From: Squalus acanthias
Lineage: Eukaryota
Assembly (NCBI GenBank): GCA_030390025.1
Contig: CM059432.1
Coordinates: 140,494,001-140,558,000, forward strand
Length of the DNA stretch: 64,000 bases
Reading direction: 5' to 3'
Below, in pieces: positions 49,677 through 61,655 of this stretch. Numbering within the stretch: position 1 is the first letter of the stretch; each line of letters starts with the position of its first letter. Under the pieces are notes generated by a model. That model ran no database searches. It was given only the letters and a program-made list of their open reading frames with translations, and was not told the DNA's origin. The position numbers were made by a program, and so were the translations under genes.

Positions 49677-50612
49677 GACTGAGAGAGAGGGACTGGGATC
49701 TGAGAGAGGGACTGGGGATGGAGAGAGAGGGAATGGGGACTGGGGACTGAGAGGGAGAGGAAATGGGGGACTGAGAGAGGGACTGGGGATGGAGAGAGGG
49801 ACTGGGGATGGAGAGAGGGAGAGGAAATGGGGGACTGAGAGAGGGACTGGGGATGGAGAGAGGGACTGGAGATGGAGAGAGGGAATGGGGACTGGGGACT
49901 GAGGGAGAGGAAATGGGGACTGAGAGAGAGAGAGAGAGGGACTGGGGATGGAGTGAGGGACTGGGGATGGAGAGAGGGACTGGGGATGGAGAGAGAGGGA
50001 ATGGGGACTGGGGACTGAGAGGGAGAGGAAATGGGGGACTGAGAGAGGGACTGGGGATGGAGAGGGACTGGGGATGGAGAGAGAGGGAATGGGGACTGGG
50101 GACTGAGGGAGAGGAAATGGGGACTGAGAGAGAGAGAGAGAGAGAGGGACTGGGGATGGAGAGAGGGACTGGGGATGGAGAGAGGGACTGGGGATAGAGA
50201 GAGAGGGAATGCGGACTGGGGACTGAGAGGGAGAGGAAATGGAGACAGAGAGAGAGAGGGACTGGGGACCAGGGACTGAGGACAAAGAGAGAGAGAGTGA
50301 CCCAGGAACCGAGAGAGAGAGGGACTGGGGACCAGGGACTGAAGACAAAGAGAGAGAGAGTGACCCAGGAACTGAGAGAGAGAGGGACTGGGGACTAGGG
50401 ACAGAGAGAGAAAGAGGGACTGGGGACCAGGGACTGAGAGAGAGAGAGAGAGGGACTGGGGACTAGGGACAGAGAGAGAAAGAGGGACTGGGGACCAGGG
50501 ACTGAGAGAGAGAGGGACTGGGGACTAGGGACACAGAGAGAGTGAGGGACCAGGGACTGGGGACAGAGAGAGAGAGAGAGAGGGACTGGGGACTGGAGAC
50601 AGAGAGAGAGAG
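49677..50612. repeat. Complex purine-rich tandem repeat (GGGACT/GGGGAT/GAGA units)
   Basis: Directly visible. Confidence 0.95.
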
Positions 50613-50784
50613 ACTCAATTATAACTTGATGTTAATATTGGTGTCATCCATTCCAAACATTAGAAAGAAAGAAAGATTTGCATTTATACAGCGCCTTTCA
50701 CAACCTCAGGATGTCCCAAAGCGCTTTACAGCCAATGAAGTACTTTTGAAGTGTAGTCACTGTTGTAATGTAGGAAACAGTGAT

Positions 50785-51430
50785 CTTTATTTCTTTCAGA
50801 ATGGTCTTTAGTCTGTATTGTTGACCATTTTGGCTGATGAGTTCTGCTTTGCTTTGCATTGTATCCTGAGCATGTGACTTACACAATGGAGGCACTTTTG
50901 TTTTACAAGCTGCTTACATGTCAGTTGTTTTGTTCTATCTCCCGACAACTTTATTCCATTGGTTTATCTGCGGAGCTGATTTTGAATATCTTGTGAAAGC
51001 ATCTGCTGTTGAGAGAGCATCAAATTCCTTCTTGGTAGACTTTGTTATTTGCCAGGTTTCAGTGCCACATAGGAAGGTGGATAAGACTATTGTACACTCT
51101 GTTCTTTGTTTTGAGGGATTTTTTATTGTTCCTGATGTTATCCAGTTTGTTGAAAGCAGTAACTGCTTTTCCAAGTGTAATTTTCTTATCTCATTTCCAC
51201 TGACAGCATTGCTGCATATTTTATGTCCAAGATAAGTGAAGTGGTCTATGTTCTGGGCAGGTCCTTCTCTAAACTTGATGTTGACATTGGTCTCTTGCAT
51301 TCCAAGTATTATGATCTTTGTTTCCTTTAGAAAGGTCTTTAGTTGCCCAATTTGGCTGCTGAGTGTTCCGTTTTCACTTTACATTTCTCCTTCCATCTCG
51401 GCCAATATTACCATAGCATCTGTGAAATCT
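50785..51430 (-). mobile_element. Degenerate RTE-clade LINE fragment
   Basis: ORF 50935..51300 DHFTYLG...VLSTFLCGTETW resembles RTE FxYLGS / LLYGxETW motifs. Confidence 0.6.
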
Positions 51431-51466
51431 ACATTTCCCAAGCGCTTTGGGAACTTTAAAGACACA

Positions 51467-52202
51467 GGGCCGGATATTCCGATCCCTACGGGTGGGTACG
51501 CGCCGTGTACTCACCCGTAGGGACATCGGAAAAGCCGGTTTCAGGCATGCACAGCGCATGCGCTGGAAACCGGCATTTCCGATCAATCAAGAAAGCTCTT
51601 GACAGATCCTCCGGCTGCCCTGGAGAAGGGCCTCTGCGGGCGGATAGTTCCGCTTTTTGGAGACCCTCCGCCCGCAGAAAACACTTACAATTCTTGCGCC
51701 TGGTAAAAACAGGCGTAAGGCCTGCTTTTACCAGGATAAGAGTTGAAAAAAGTTTTTAAAAAAAATTTCCACTGATTTAAAAAAAGGTAAGTTTATTTTT
51801 AGCCCCGTTAAAAACTTTAATTATTTTTTTCAAAAATTTAAATTTTTGTTTAAAATAGTTAATTTATGTAATTTCAAGTCATTTTAAAAATGTGATTTTA
51901 AAAAATTTATTTGAAGTTTTACTATGTTTTGGGGGTGATCTCCATTCATATAATTGAAGGTCTTCCTGTCAAGTGTATGAAGGGAGATTCCCTTCTCTGA
52001 TTGGCTCCCCATGGCCCACGTGATCCCAGGGACGCTGCGAACCGCCTGCGCCTCTGGGATCACGTGGGCCCTGCGCACCGGCAGTTTGGAGAGGCCCAGC
52101 AGCGGAACTGTGCGCCTCCCGGGAGCCCTCCGGTCTTGGCGCAGATTTTTCCAGATCGCAGCCCTCCGCCCGCGGGAGGCCTGCGATCGGAATATCTGGG
52201 CC
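51467..52202. mobile_element. Non-autonomous TIR element (PIF/Harbinger-like MITE), inverted relative to 15279-16042
   Basis: 18-bp TIR with 2 mismatches (GGGCCGGATATTCCGATC); flanks ACA/ACG; shares internal GGGATCACGTGGGCCATGG.GAGCCAATC with the first copy. Confidence 0.8.
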
Positions 52203-52304
52203 ACGATAGAAATGAAAGTTGTTGTTGTTTTGTTGTTGCTTTCCACTAAACCTGAGTTCACTGTTTCCTCCTCTTTGACATGGCACGTTGCTGAGTCTAC
52301 TGAA

Positions 52305-52795
52305 TTTCTCGAGGGCTTGACAGGGTAGATGCTGAGAGGTTGTTTCCCTTCACTGGAGAGGCTAGAACTCGTGGTTATAGTCTCAGGATAAGGGGTCGGC
52401 CACTTAGGACTGAGATGAGGAGGAATTTCTTCACTCAGAGGGTTGTGAATCTTTGGAATTCTCGACCCCAGAGGGCTGTGAATGCTCAGTCGTTGAGTAT
52501 ATTCAAGACTGAGATTGAGATCATTTTGGATACTAAGAGAATCAAGGGACATGGGGAAAGTGCGGGGAGGTGGAGTTGAGGTAGATATTGAATGGCGGAG
52601 CAGGCTCGAAGTGCCAAATGGCCTCCTCCTGCTCCTATTTCTTATGTTCTTAATTCACACCTCAGCCTTCTCTTTTCTAGAGAAAAGAGCCCTAGCCTGT
52701 TAAGTCTTTCCTGATAGTTATAAACTCTCAGATCTGGTATCATCCTTGTAAATCCTTTTTGCACCTTCTCGAGTGCCTCTAAAACCTCTTTATAA
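52305..52795. mobile_element. CR1 3' end (+, ~52305-52650) and adjacent CR1 fragment (-, ~52655-52795)
   Basis: TRGYSLRIRG...RRNFFTQRVV; CR1 tail. Confidence 0.8.
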
Positions 52796-52886
52796 TAAAA
52801 TGCATTAAGGGGAAAAAAAGCTTCAGAATATTAAAATAACTTTACAGTTGGATGGTTAAGGCCATGTGCTGTAGTGCAGGACCATA

Positions 52887-53041
52887 GGGGTAGTTTCAGG
52901 AGGCACCACTACCCGTACGTAGCCTCACTAGGTACAAGCACGGCTCAGAAATAGGTCCTAACACTGAAGTCCTGATTCTCCAACCTCGGCTCACCACTAA
53001 TGATGTTCCACCACGCCAGCGGAGCCTCACAAAATTACCCC
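52887..53041. mobile_element. Possible old short MITE
   Basis: Imperfect terminal inverted repeat GGGGTAGTTT.../...AAATTACCCC (15/19 matches). Confidence 0.4.
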
Positions 53042-53119
53042 TCGTACATAGAATAGATTTGGCCACTTGGACATTTTCCAGAGGTCATAAGGCTCCAAAG
53101 TAACTGCTAGTCATTCATA

Positions 53120-53655
53120 ATTTTTGGATACTAAGGAAATCAAGGGATAGGGGAATAGGGCGGGAAAGTGGAGTTGAGGTCAAAGATCAGCCATGATCTT
53201 ATTGAATGGCGGAGCAGGCTCGAGGGGCCGTATGGCCTACTCCTGCTCCTAATGCTTATGTTGTTCTGTTCTTAAAGTACGCCACAGAATCAGCCGTGGC
53301 TCAGTGTATGGCACTCCTGCCTCCGTGTCAGAAGGTTGTGGGTTCACATCCCTCTCCATAGACTTGAGCACGTAATCTAGACTCACACTCTTGTGGAACA
53401 CTGAGGGAGTGCTACCTTGTTGTCTTCTGAAGAAGAGCAGTGGAATTCTCCCCGGTGTCCTGGCCAGTATTTATCCCTCAGCCAACATTGCTAAAACAGA
53501 CAATCTGGTCAGTAACACATTGCAGTTTGTGGGATCTTGCTGTGGGAAATTGGCTGCTGCGTTTCCTACATTACACTTCAAAAGTACTTCATTGGCTGTA
53601 AAGTGCTTTAGGACGAGGTTGTGAAAGGTGCTATGTAAATGCGAGTCTTTTCTTT
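53120..53655 (+). mobile_element. CR1 tail (~53120-53270) followed by DeuSINE (~53290-53655)
   Basis: Family consensus sequences. Confidence 0.8.
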
Positions 53656-53899
53656 CTTCTCAAGATGTCTTTGTATATTTAAATTTGCTATCTTTGCCTG
53701 AGGTCATGAACAGCACTCTATAAATGCAAGTCAGTAAACACAACTTTTTTTTCCCCTGTACACAGTATGAAGTATTTTATACTTATTTTTTATCTCCAAA
53801 GGACCAATTGGATTAAACCATTGGAATATTAAAATATATAACTGACATAAAGTGCTAATTATGAAAATGTAATAACAGCGGAGTAAAATTATTCCACAC

Positions 53900-54172
53900 T
53901 TCATCTAGCCTCAACCTGTCACATTACCACCTCCTCTCGCCTTGAATATCTCTTAATGTCTCTCAATGTCTCTTAATCTCTCTACTGATCTTCCCTTTTG
54001 TTTTTTCATCCCCTCCCCCTTTTCCCAGCATTATACTTGCTTTAAATCTATTTCATTTCCTGCTTTTTTCTCAGTTCTGACGAAGGGTCTTCGACCTGAA
54101 ACGTTAACTCTGTTTCTCTCTCCACGGATGCTGCCTGGCCTGCTGAGTTTTTCCAGCGTTTTCTGTTGTTAT
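53900..54172 (+). mobile_element. Penelope family-1 3' UTR fragment
   Basis: Homologous to ~7450-7695. Confidence 0.8.
54073..54109 (+). ncRNA. Minimal type I hammerhead ribozyme (Penelope family 1)
   Basis: AGTT-CTGACGA-A-GGGTC(TTC)GACCT-GAAA-CG-TT-AACT. Confidence 0.75.
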
Positions 54173-54204
54173 TTAAAATTATTCCTGCTGATCTTTAAGC
54201 ATAT

Positions 54205-54762
54205 TTTTCAGACGCTTGTTGGTGAGCGTGAGGTATGTTAGTATTAGAGAATGTGATTTTCTACTTTTAGCATCAGCTACTCACAGATTAGGTACATCGT
54301 AAGCAATGTTCCCTCTAAATTGTCTTTGTTGTGCGCGCCCTGTTTATTTCAGTGTGCGGTCCCTTTAAATTTCTGCGCACGCGCGGTACTTCAGATGGAA
54401 AAGTTTGCGAGCGACCTGCTCGGGACCTTGCAGATTACTGCACGACCGTGCACGCGCGCAGCTTAGTGGGAGCATTGATCGTAAGTTGAATGCAGAGTAA
54501 ATCTCCCTCTACTCCATCTCAACAATGTGCTTTATCTCAAACTTCAGATCAGCACAGTTTTCTATTTCCCAGGTGGTAAGACTCCCAATTAGCACCAAAA
54601 TTATAGGCATATTGTACTGCAGGGGTTGAGACTGTCCAAACTAACATCACTTAGGACCCTTGTAGCTGTTAGAAAGAGACTATCATTCCATCAGTCTGGC
54701 TAGATTTGAACTCAGGTCACAGAGGTGAAAGGGCAATGTGCTAACCCACTGTGTCATCCAAC
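54205..54762 (-). mobile_element. LF-SINE-like element, interrupted by a hAT MITE
   Basis: CCTTTCACCTCT..GAGTTCAAATCTAGCC, TGGTGCTAATTGG, GCACATTG, GTACCT..TCTGTG in the order recalled for LF-SINE. Confidence 0.6.
54304..54477. mobile_element. hAT-type MITE, 174 bp
   Basis: TIR CAATG(T/C)TCCC(T/A)CTAA; perfect 8-bp TSD ATCGTAAG at 54296-54303 and 54478-54485. Confidence 0.88.
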
Positions 54763-54811
54763 ACCACATTAACTCCTTTTAATGAACAGAATTGCTGTGC
54801 CAGCCTACAAC

Positions 54812-55088
54812 ACAAAAAAACCAAAGGCGAGGTAAGAAAAAACTTTTTTACACAGCGAGTGGTTAAGATCTGGAATGCACTGCCTGAAAGGGTGGTGGAG
54901 GCAGATTCAATCACGGCTTTCAAAAGGGAGTTGGATAAGTATCTGAAGGAAAGAAATTTGCAGGGCTACGGGGAAAGGGCGGGGGAGTGGGACTAGCTGA
55001 AGTGCTCTTGCAGAGAGCCGGCACGTGCTCGACGGGCCGAATGGCCTTCTTCCGTGCTGTAACCATTCTATGATTCTATGATTCTATG
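54812..55088 (+). mobile_element. CR1 LINE 3' end
   Basis: RKNFFTQRVVKIWNALP; (ATTCTATG)n tail. Confidence 0.88.
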
Positions 55089-55276
55089 AACACATCCCAT
55101 AGCTACTATCCATGGGGCAAACAATATTGTCATCCAGCCTGTCATGTAACAACAAAGCACCTTCTCTTCACATAACTCCATCACTTACACGCACTGACAC
55201 GCATACAGACCCCCCCCACCCCCCCCAACTCCTTGTCCCAGATATCCAGCATCCATGACAGAAATATAGAAAATGA

Positions 55277-55657
55277 TTCAGTGAGTAGCACTCCCTCTGA
55301 GTCAGAAGGTCGTGGGTTCAAGTCCCACTCCAGAGACCTGAGCACATAATCTAGGCTGACACTCCAGGGCAGTACGGAGGGAGTGCCGCACTGTCGGAGG
55401 TGCTGTATTTCAAATGAGACGTTAAACCGAGGCCCCGTCTGCTCTTTCAGGTGGACGTAAAAGATACCACAGCACTAAAAGCAAATTATCTGGTCATTAT
55501 CTCTTTGCTGTTTGTGGGACCTTGCTGTGCGCAAATTGGCTGCTACATTTCCTACATTACAATAGTGACTACACTTCAAAAGTACTTCATTGGCTGTAAA
55601 ATGCTTTGGGATGTTCTGAGGTCCTGAAAGGCGCTGTATAAAGGCAAGTTCTTTCTT
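55277..55657 (+). mobile_element. DeuSINE
   Basis: Family consensus. Confidence 0.85.
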
Positions 55658-55679
55658 CATTTGCCAAGTATTGCTCCTC

Positions 55680-57265
55680 CTGTGCAGATTGAGACCATCC
55701 ATTCAGCTGCCTCTGCTACTTCCCTTCCTTCCCCTAGCCCACTGGGCCAAACTTCCTCTAAGGTTCCCCCCTGCCCTAGCCCTGAACTCACATCTTTCTC
55801 CAGTTTCTCTTCAATCTCCCGTCATGACCTCTCTGCGCTCATCTTGTCCATGAGACCCACGTCCTGCTCCCTCGACCCTATTCCCACCAAACTGCTGACC
55901 ACCCAACTTCCTTTTCTGGCTCCCATGTTAGTTGACATTGTTAACGGTTCTCTCGCCTCAGGTACTGTCCCCCTCTCCCTCAAATCTGCCGTCATCACCC
56001 CTCTCCTCAAAAAACCAACCCTTGATCCCTCCGTCCTTGCAAACTACCGCCCCATCTCCAACCTCATTTCTTCTCCAAAGTTCTTGAACGTGTTGTCGCC
56101 TCCCAAATCCGTGCCCATCTTTCCCGCAACTCCATGTTTGAATCCCTCCAATCAGGTTTCTGCCCTTGCCACAGTACCGAAACAGCTCTCATCAAAGTCC
56201 CAAATGACATCCTTTGTGACTGTGACAAAGGTAAACGATCCCTCCTCGTCCTTCTTGACTTGTCTGCAGCCTTTGACATGGTTGACCACTCCATCCTGCT
56301 GCAATGCCTCTCCACCGTCGTCCAGCTGGGTGGGACTGCACTCGCCTGGTTCCATTCTTATCTATCTAATCGTAGCCAGAGAATCACCTGCAACGGCTTC
56401 TCTTCCCGCTCCTGCATCGTTATCTCTGGTGTCCCCCAAGGATCTATCCTTGGCCCCTCCTATTTCTCATCTACATGTTGCCCCTTGGCGACATCATCCG
56501 AAAACACAGCGTCAGTTTCCACATGTATGCTGACGACACCCAGCTCTACCTCACCACCTCTTCTCTCGACCCCTCCACCGCCTCTAAAATATCAGACTGC
56601 TTGTCCAACATCCAGTTCTGGATGAGCAGAAATTTTCTCCAATTAAATGTTGGGAAGACCGAAGCCATTCTTTTCGGTCCCCGCCACAAGCTCCGTTCCC
56701 TAGCCACTGACTCCATCCCTCTCCCTAACATCTGTCTGAGGCTGAACCACACTGTTCACAACCTTGGTGTCATATTTGACCCTGAAATGAGCTTCCGACC
56801 ACATATCCGCGGCATAACTCAGACCGCTTATTTTCACCTCCGTAACATCGCCCGTCTCCGCCCTTGCCTCAGCTCATCCGCTGCTGAAACCCTCATCCAT
56901 GAAGCTGAGGCCATCCAAAACTCAGCTGCCCATGTCCTGACTCGCACCAAGTCCCGTTCGCCCATCACCCCTGTGCTCGCTGACCTACATTGGCTCACGG
57001 TTAAGCAACGCCTCGATTTCAAAATTCTCATCCTTGTTTTCAAATCCCTCCGTGCCCTCGCCCCTCCCTATCTCTGTAATCTCCTTCATCCCTACAACCC
57101 CCCGAGATATCTGCGCTCCTCTAATTCTGCCCTCTTGAGCATCCCTGATTATAATCGCTCAACCATTGGTGGCCGTGTCTTCTGTTGCCTAGGCCGTAAG
57201 CTCTGGAATTCCCTGCCTAAACCTCTCCGCCTCCCTACCTCTCTACCGCCTTTAAGACGCTTCTT
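55680..57265 (+). mobile_element. L2-type LINE ORF2 (RT), frameshifted
   Basis: LDPIPT, NYRPISNL, QSGF..HSTETAL, LLDLSAAFD, GVPQGSILGP, MYADDTQLY, LHWL. Confidence 0.92.
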
Positions 57266-57912
57266 AGGTGTTGCTTTAAAATATTAGTATAATTTATAAA
57301 TCCGCCAACATAACCTTATGCAGGTTATCCAGTTAGGTTCATTCACGGTATACAAGTTCAACCCACAGACGAGAGTCATTGATTCTCTAATGAATTTGCA
57401 CATTTAGAACAAGGCTGATTAAGTACAGTGCAGGCGCAAGCCTCTTTTCAAACCAATTGGCCAAGGCTGCGTGTTGCATGGACTGAAGTAACCGAGAATG
57501 TTTCCAGTTCGAGCTTTGCCTTATAACCCCATTAACATTACATTTATTCAATCAACGTCTAAAGGGTCACGCAGCAGTTTGACCCCCAGGCCGTCAGGAA
57601 AGCAATTTGCAATGCGAGCATAGCTTAAGCCCGAGAATGTCAGTCAAAATGTGATTCAACGGTAATTAAGGTCCTGACCTACAGGAAAGCCGCTTGTCAG
57701 ATTCCGCTATGGTTAAACAAATGCTCAGTCTCTATCAAACCTCACTTCACAAGCCCAAGGAACTGGACGCCAGAGTGGCTGACATTTTCAGAGAAAGCTC
57801 CATTGATGAGCTCACACTACAAATTGTTTCCTGGCAATCCCAGGGTCAAATACTGAAATTTGCCACTCTGAGAGCTCTAATATCAGGCAAACTCCATGAA
57901 GTTTCCGTGACG

Positions 57913-58250
57913 TTTTTTGATTCATTCACAGGATGTGGACGTTGCCGGCAAGGCCAGCATTTATTGCCCTCGAGAAGCTGCCTTCTTGAATACAACTGAG
58001 TGGCTAGCTCAGCAGCACATATCGGCCAGACCGGGTAAGGGCGGCAGATTTCCTTCCCTAAAGGACGTCAGTGAACCAGATGGGTTTTTATGGTCACCAT
58101 TACTAGCATTTTATTCCAGATTTATTCAATTTTTTTGAATTTTAAATTCCCCAGCTGCCGTGGTGGGATTTGAACTCACTTCTACCACTGGATCATTAGT
58201 CCAGGCCTCTGGATTACTAGTCCAGTAACATAACCACTATGCTCCCGTAC
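57913..58250 (-). mobile_element. tRNA-headed SINE (MetaSINE-like core) sharing its tail with the LINE at 14586
   Basis: Head ATAGTGGTT...GAGTTCAAATCCC; core CTGGTTCACT..GTCCTTTAGGGAAGGAAATCTGCC; tail GGGCAATAAATGCTGGCCTTGCC. Confidence 0.7.
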
Positions 58251-59397
58251 TTTACTCATACAGCCACTTGGTGTAATGGAAGAGGCTTTCATAGTCCTCC
58301 GATCAAGGATGATTAAAGTAATTGGATGCTACCATTACAGTCACTAGAAAAGGTGAATGGTTTGGGGCTTGATCTTTTTGCTTCAGCACTCCTGCATATC
58401 GGGAAATTTTAGTCGTCAGAAAATTACGGGCAGGAGTTGTGGAACTTCCCAATACATGATCATGGCATGTTCCAGAAAGGCTGAAGCAAAAACATTTGGG
58501 CCTTAGTATCTAGATTCTGTCTGAAGCTGCTGTGTTAACCAAGTTTTGTTTTTTTAAATACATTTCATTACCCTGTTCTCCACCAAATATTGCAAAGACT
58601 ACCAATTTTGGAAGCAAGATGGTAGGCAACAATGCCATCACCTGACAGGTGCTATTGAATGGTATTGACATACTGCCCTCATGGTTCCTACATTACAACA
58701 GTGACTGCACTTCAAACGTACTCCATTGGCTGTAAAGCGCTCAGGGGACGTCCTGAGGTCGTGAAAGGCGCTATACAAATGCAAGTCTTTCTTTCTTTCA
58801 GTGAAATGAATCTTGCAGGCCAGGTTCTATCCCAGTTAGCTGATCTCAGCTAGGTTAGGAACAGGGGTGCGACAATTGCATTCAGGCCACTTCTGTTAGG
58901 CAAGGGCAAATCTGCCAGGTTTCCTGCTAGCCATTACTACTCTGGTGGAAATGTAAGTATATGGACGTTAGGTGAGCACATGATCAGGTTCAGTTTTTAT
59001 GCCTCTCTTAGATGCTGACCCTCAAGGTAAGGTTTTCCAAATTGGGTGCTCAACAAAAAGTTTCTCTGCTTCGTCCCTGAAGGCACTGACCTCTGGTGGG
59101 GTGCAGTCACACGGTCACCAGTTGTCCATTGACCCCTCTCCAACGTGGCCCTTCTTCATTTGAGTGGGTGTTGCAGACAATTTGTCCATGGGGGGGGGGG
59201 GGGGGTGTGGGGGAAGGTCATAACAGCTGACCTGATCCCATACTCGGCCAATGTAAACACATACGCACAGACACACACACACATAGCATCGCCATTGGGC
59301 ATTCACACACCAGGGATCAAACCTGGGAACCTCATGGTCCGTATGGCTCAGCAACACATTCAATGGTCCACAACTCATTCTCCTCATGACACACTTG

Positions 59398-59831
59398 AAA
59401 GAAAGACTTGCATTTATATAGCGCCTTTCACGACCACCGGACATCTCAAAGCCAATGAAGTAGAGTTACTGTTGTAATGTGGGAAACGCGGCAGCCAATT
59501 TGCGCACAGCAGGCTCCCACAAACAACAATGTGATAATGACCAGATAAATCTGTTTTTGTTGCGTTGTGTTGAGTGATAAATATTGGCCAGGACACCTGC
59601 TCTTCTTCGAAATAGCGCCATGGGATCTTTTACATCCACCTGAGAGAGCAGACGGGGCCTCGGTTTAACATCTCACCCAAAAGACGGCACCTCCGACAGT
59701 GCAGCACTCCCTCAGCACTGCACTGGGAGTGTCAGCTTAGGTTAGGTGCTTATGGTCCACTGGAGGGGGACTTGAACCCACAACCTTCTAACTCAAAGGC
59801 GAGAGTGCTACCAACTGAGCCGTGGCTGACA
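59398..59831 (-). mobile_element. DeuSINE (tail fragments also at ~50663-50779 and ~58684-58798)
   Basis: Family consensus. Confidence 0.85.
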
Positions 59832-60234
59832 CCCGACTTGCCACTATCATATACTTTTGTTTAGCTTTCAAGACAGTAAAGACCTACTGTAAACATATTT
59901 TGCTCAAAGGCATACCCCAATGTGACCTGGAATACAGCAATCATTTGCCAGAACAATAAGGCAGTGAACAATATGGCTTTATCTGCCATTTTCTTTCTCT
60001 GACATACCACAGGTCTAAGATTACAAGTACAGCCCCAGATATTCTCCTTGCTTGTGATAGGTACACTGGATGGTGGTTGTGTGAATGTACATTGTTAATT
60101 CTGTCCATTACATGGATGCCAACCACGAGAAGTAGCAAAACCAAACCAACAGCTTCAGAAAAGCTGTCCAAGCTCTGTAAAAGCTGCCAACTCAAGAACC
60201 GAGCAAAGTACGATGTGTGATTAGATATAACACT

Positions 60235-60388
60235 CACAACTAGGGGGATCAAGGGGTATGGCGAGAAAGCAGGAATGGGGTACTGAGGTAGCATGTTCAG
60301 CCATGAACGCATTGAATGGCGGTGCAGGCTCGAAGGACCGAATGGTCTACTCCTGTACCTATTTTCTATGTTTCTATATGTTTCTATG
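60235..60388 (+). mobile_element. CR1/HER1-like 3' tail
   Basis: GGGATCAAGGGGTATGG...GAATGGCGG.GCAGGCTCGAAGG...(TTTCTATG)n. Confidence 0.75.
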
Positions 60389-61095
60389 AAAACAAGCAGC
60401 TACATGGGCTTTGTAACTTAAGCTGTACGCAGAACCGACATTCCTTCACTTGTATCGAAGGGAGAAAACATAGAGTCGTAGAGTCGTAACGGCACTGAAG
60501 GAGGCCATTCGGCCCATCGAGTCCATGCCGGCTCTCTGTAGAGCAATCCAGTCAGTCCCATTCCCCCGCTCTATCCCCGTAGCCCTGCAAGTTTATTTCC
60601 CTCAAGTGCCTATCCAGTCTCCCCTTGAAAACATTGAGTGTCTCCGCTTCCACCACTTCCATCGGCAGCGAGTTCCAGGTCCTCACCACTCGCTGAGTAA
60701 AAAAGTTTTCCCTCACATTCCCCCTGTATCTCCTGCCCAAACCCTTAAATCTGTGTCCCCTAGTCCTTGTACCATCAACTAGTGGGAACAGCCTTTCCCT
60801 GTCTAGCCTATCCAAACCAGTCATAATCTTGTACACCTCTATCAAATCACCCCTCAACCTCCTTTGCTCTAATGAAAACAAATCCAGCTTCTCCAACCTG
60901 CCCTTGTAGCTAAGATCCCCCATCCCCGGAACCATTCTGCTAAATCTCCTCTGCACCCTCTCAAAAGCCTTCACATCCTTCCTAAAGTGTGGTGACCAGA
61001 ACTGGACGCAATACTCCAGTTGTGGCCTAACCAGCGCTTCATAAAGGTTCAGCATAACTTCTCTACTTTTGTACTCAATACCTCTATTTATGAAG

Positions 61096-61655
61096 TCATG
61101 ATGTGGACACCGCGCAACAATCGCCAGGCAGGAGGGTTGCCTCCCAGTCGGGGAACACTTCAGCAGCCAGGGGCATTCAGCCTCGGATCTGCGGGTAAGC
61201 GTTCTCCAAGGCGGCCTTCGAGATACACGACAGCGCAAAATCATAGAGCAGAAACTGATAGCCAAGTTCCGCACTCATGAGGATGGCCTCAATCGCGATA
61301 TCGGGTTCATGTCACGATACAGAACGTGACTTGACATCATGGCCGGTCTTCCCAGGTGTTTTTTTTTTTTTTTTTGGTTTTTTTTTTTAAAAAGGCTAAC
61401 ACAAGAACACAAATTGACAGGATATGCAGCCAGCAGGTGGTTTGACACGTTGGACCCCCTGGGACACATCTCATTGTCTTGGCTGTGCTCTTTGTTGTAG
61501 CGAATAATGTGAATAGATTTTGTCTGGGTTTAAATTGTGAATTCTGGGAGATTCTCTCATTGCTAACTTACCTGACGAAGGAGCGACAGCTCCGAAAGCT
61601 TGTAAAATTAAATAAATCTGTTGGACTATAACCTGGTGTTGTGCGACTTCTCATT
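61096..61655 (+). mobile_element. Penelope-like element family 2, 5'-truncated (GIY-YIG C-terminus plus 3' UTR with hammerhead)
   Basis: 61105-61329 GHRATIARQ..LPVGEHFS..GHS...EQKLIAKFRTHEDGLN; 13-bp TSD TCTATTTATGAAG at 61083-61095 and 61656-61668. Confidence 0.88.
61568..61605 (+). ncRNA. Minimal type I hammerhead ribozyme (Penelope family 2)
   Basis: TTAC-CTGACGA-A-GGAGC(GACA)GCTCC-GAAA-GC-TT-GTAA. Confidence 0.8.

Noticed and set aside
49662..50466. Ser/Pro-rich and Glu/Arg/Gly-rich ORFs
   Set aside because: Translations of low-complexity tandem repeat
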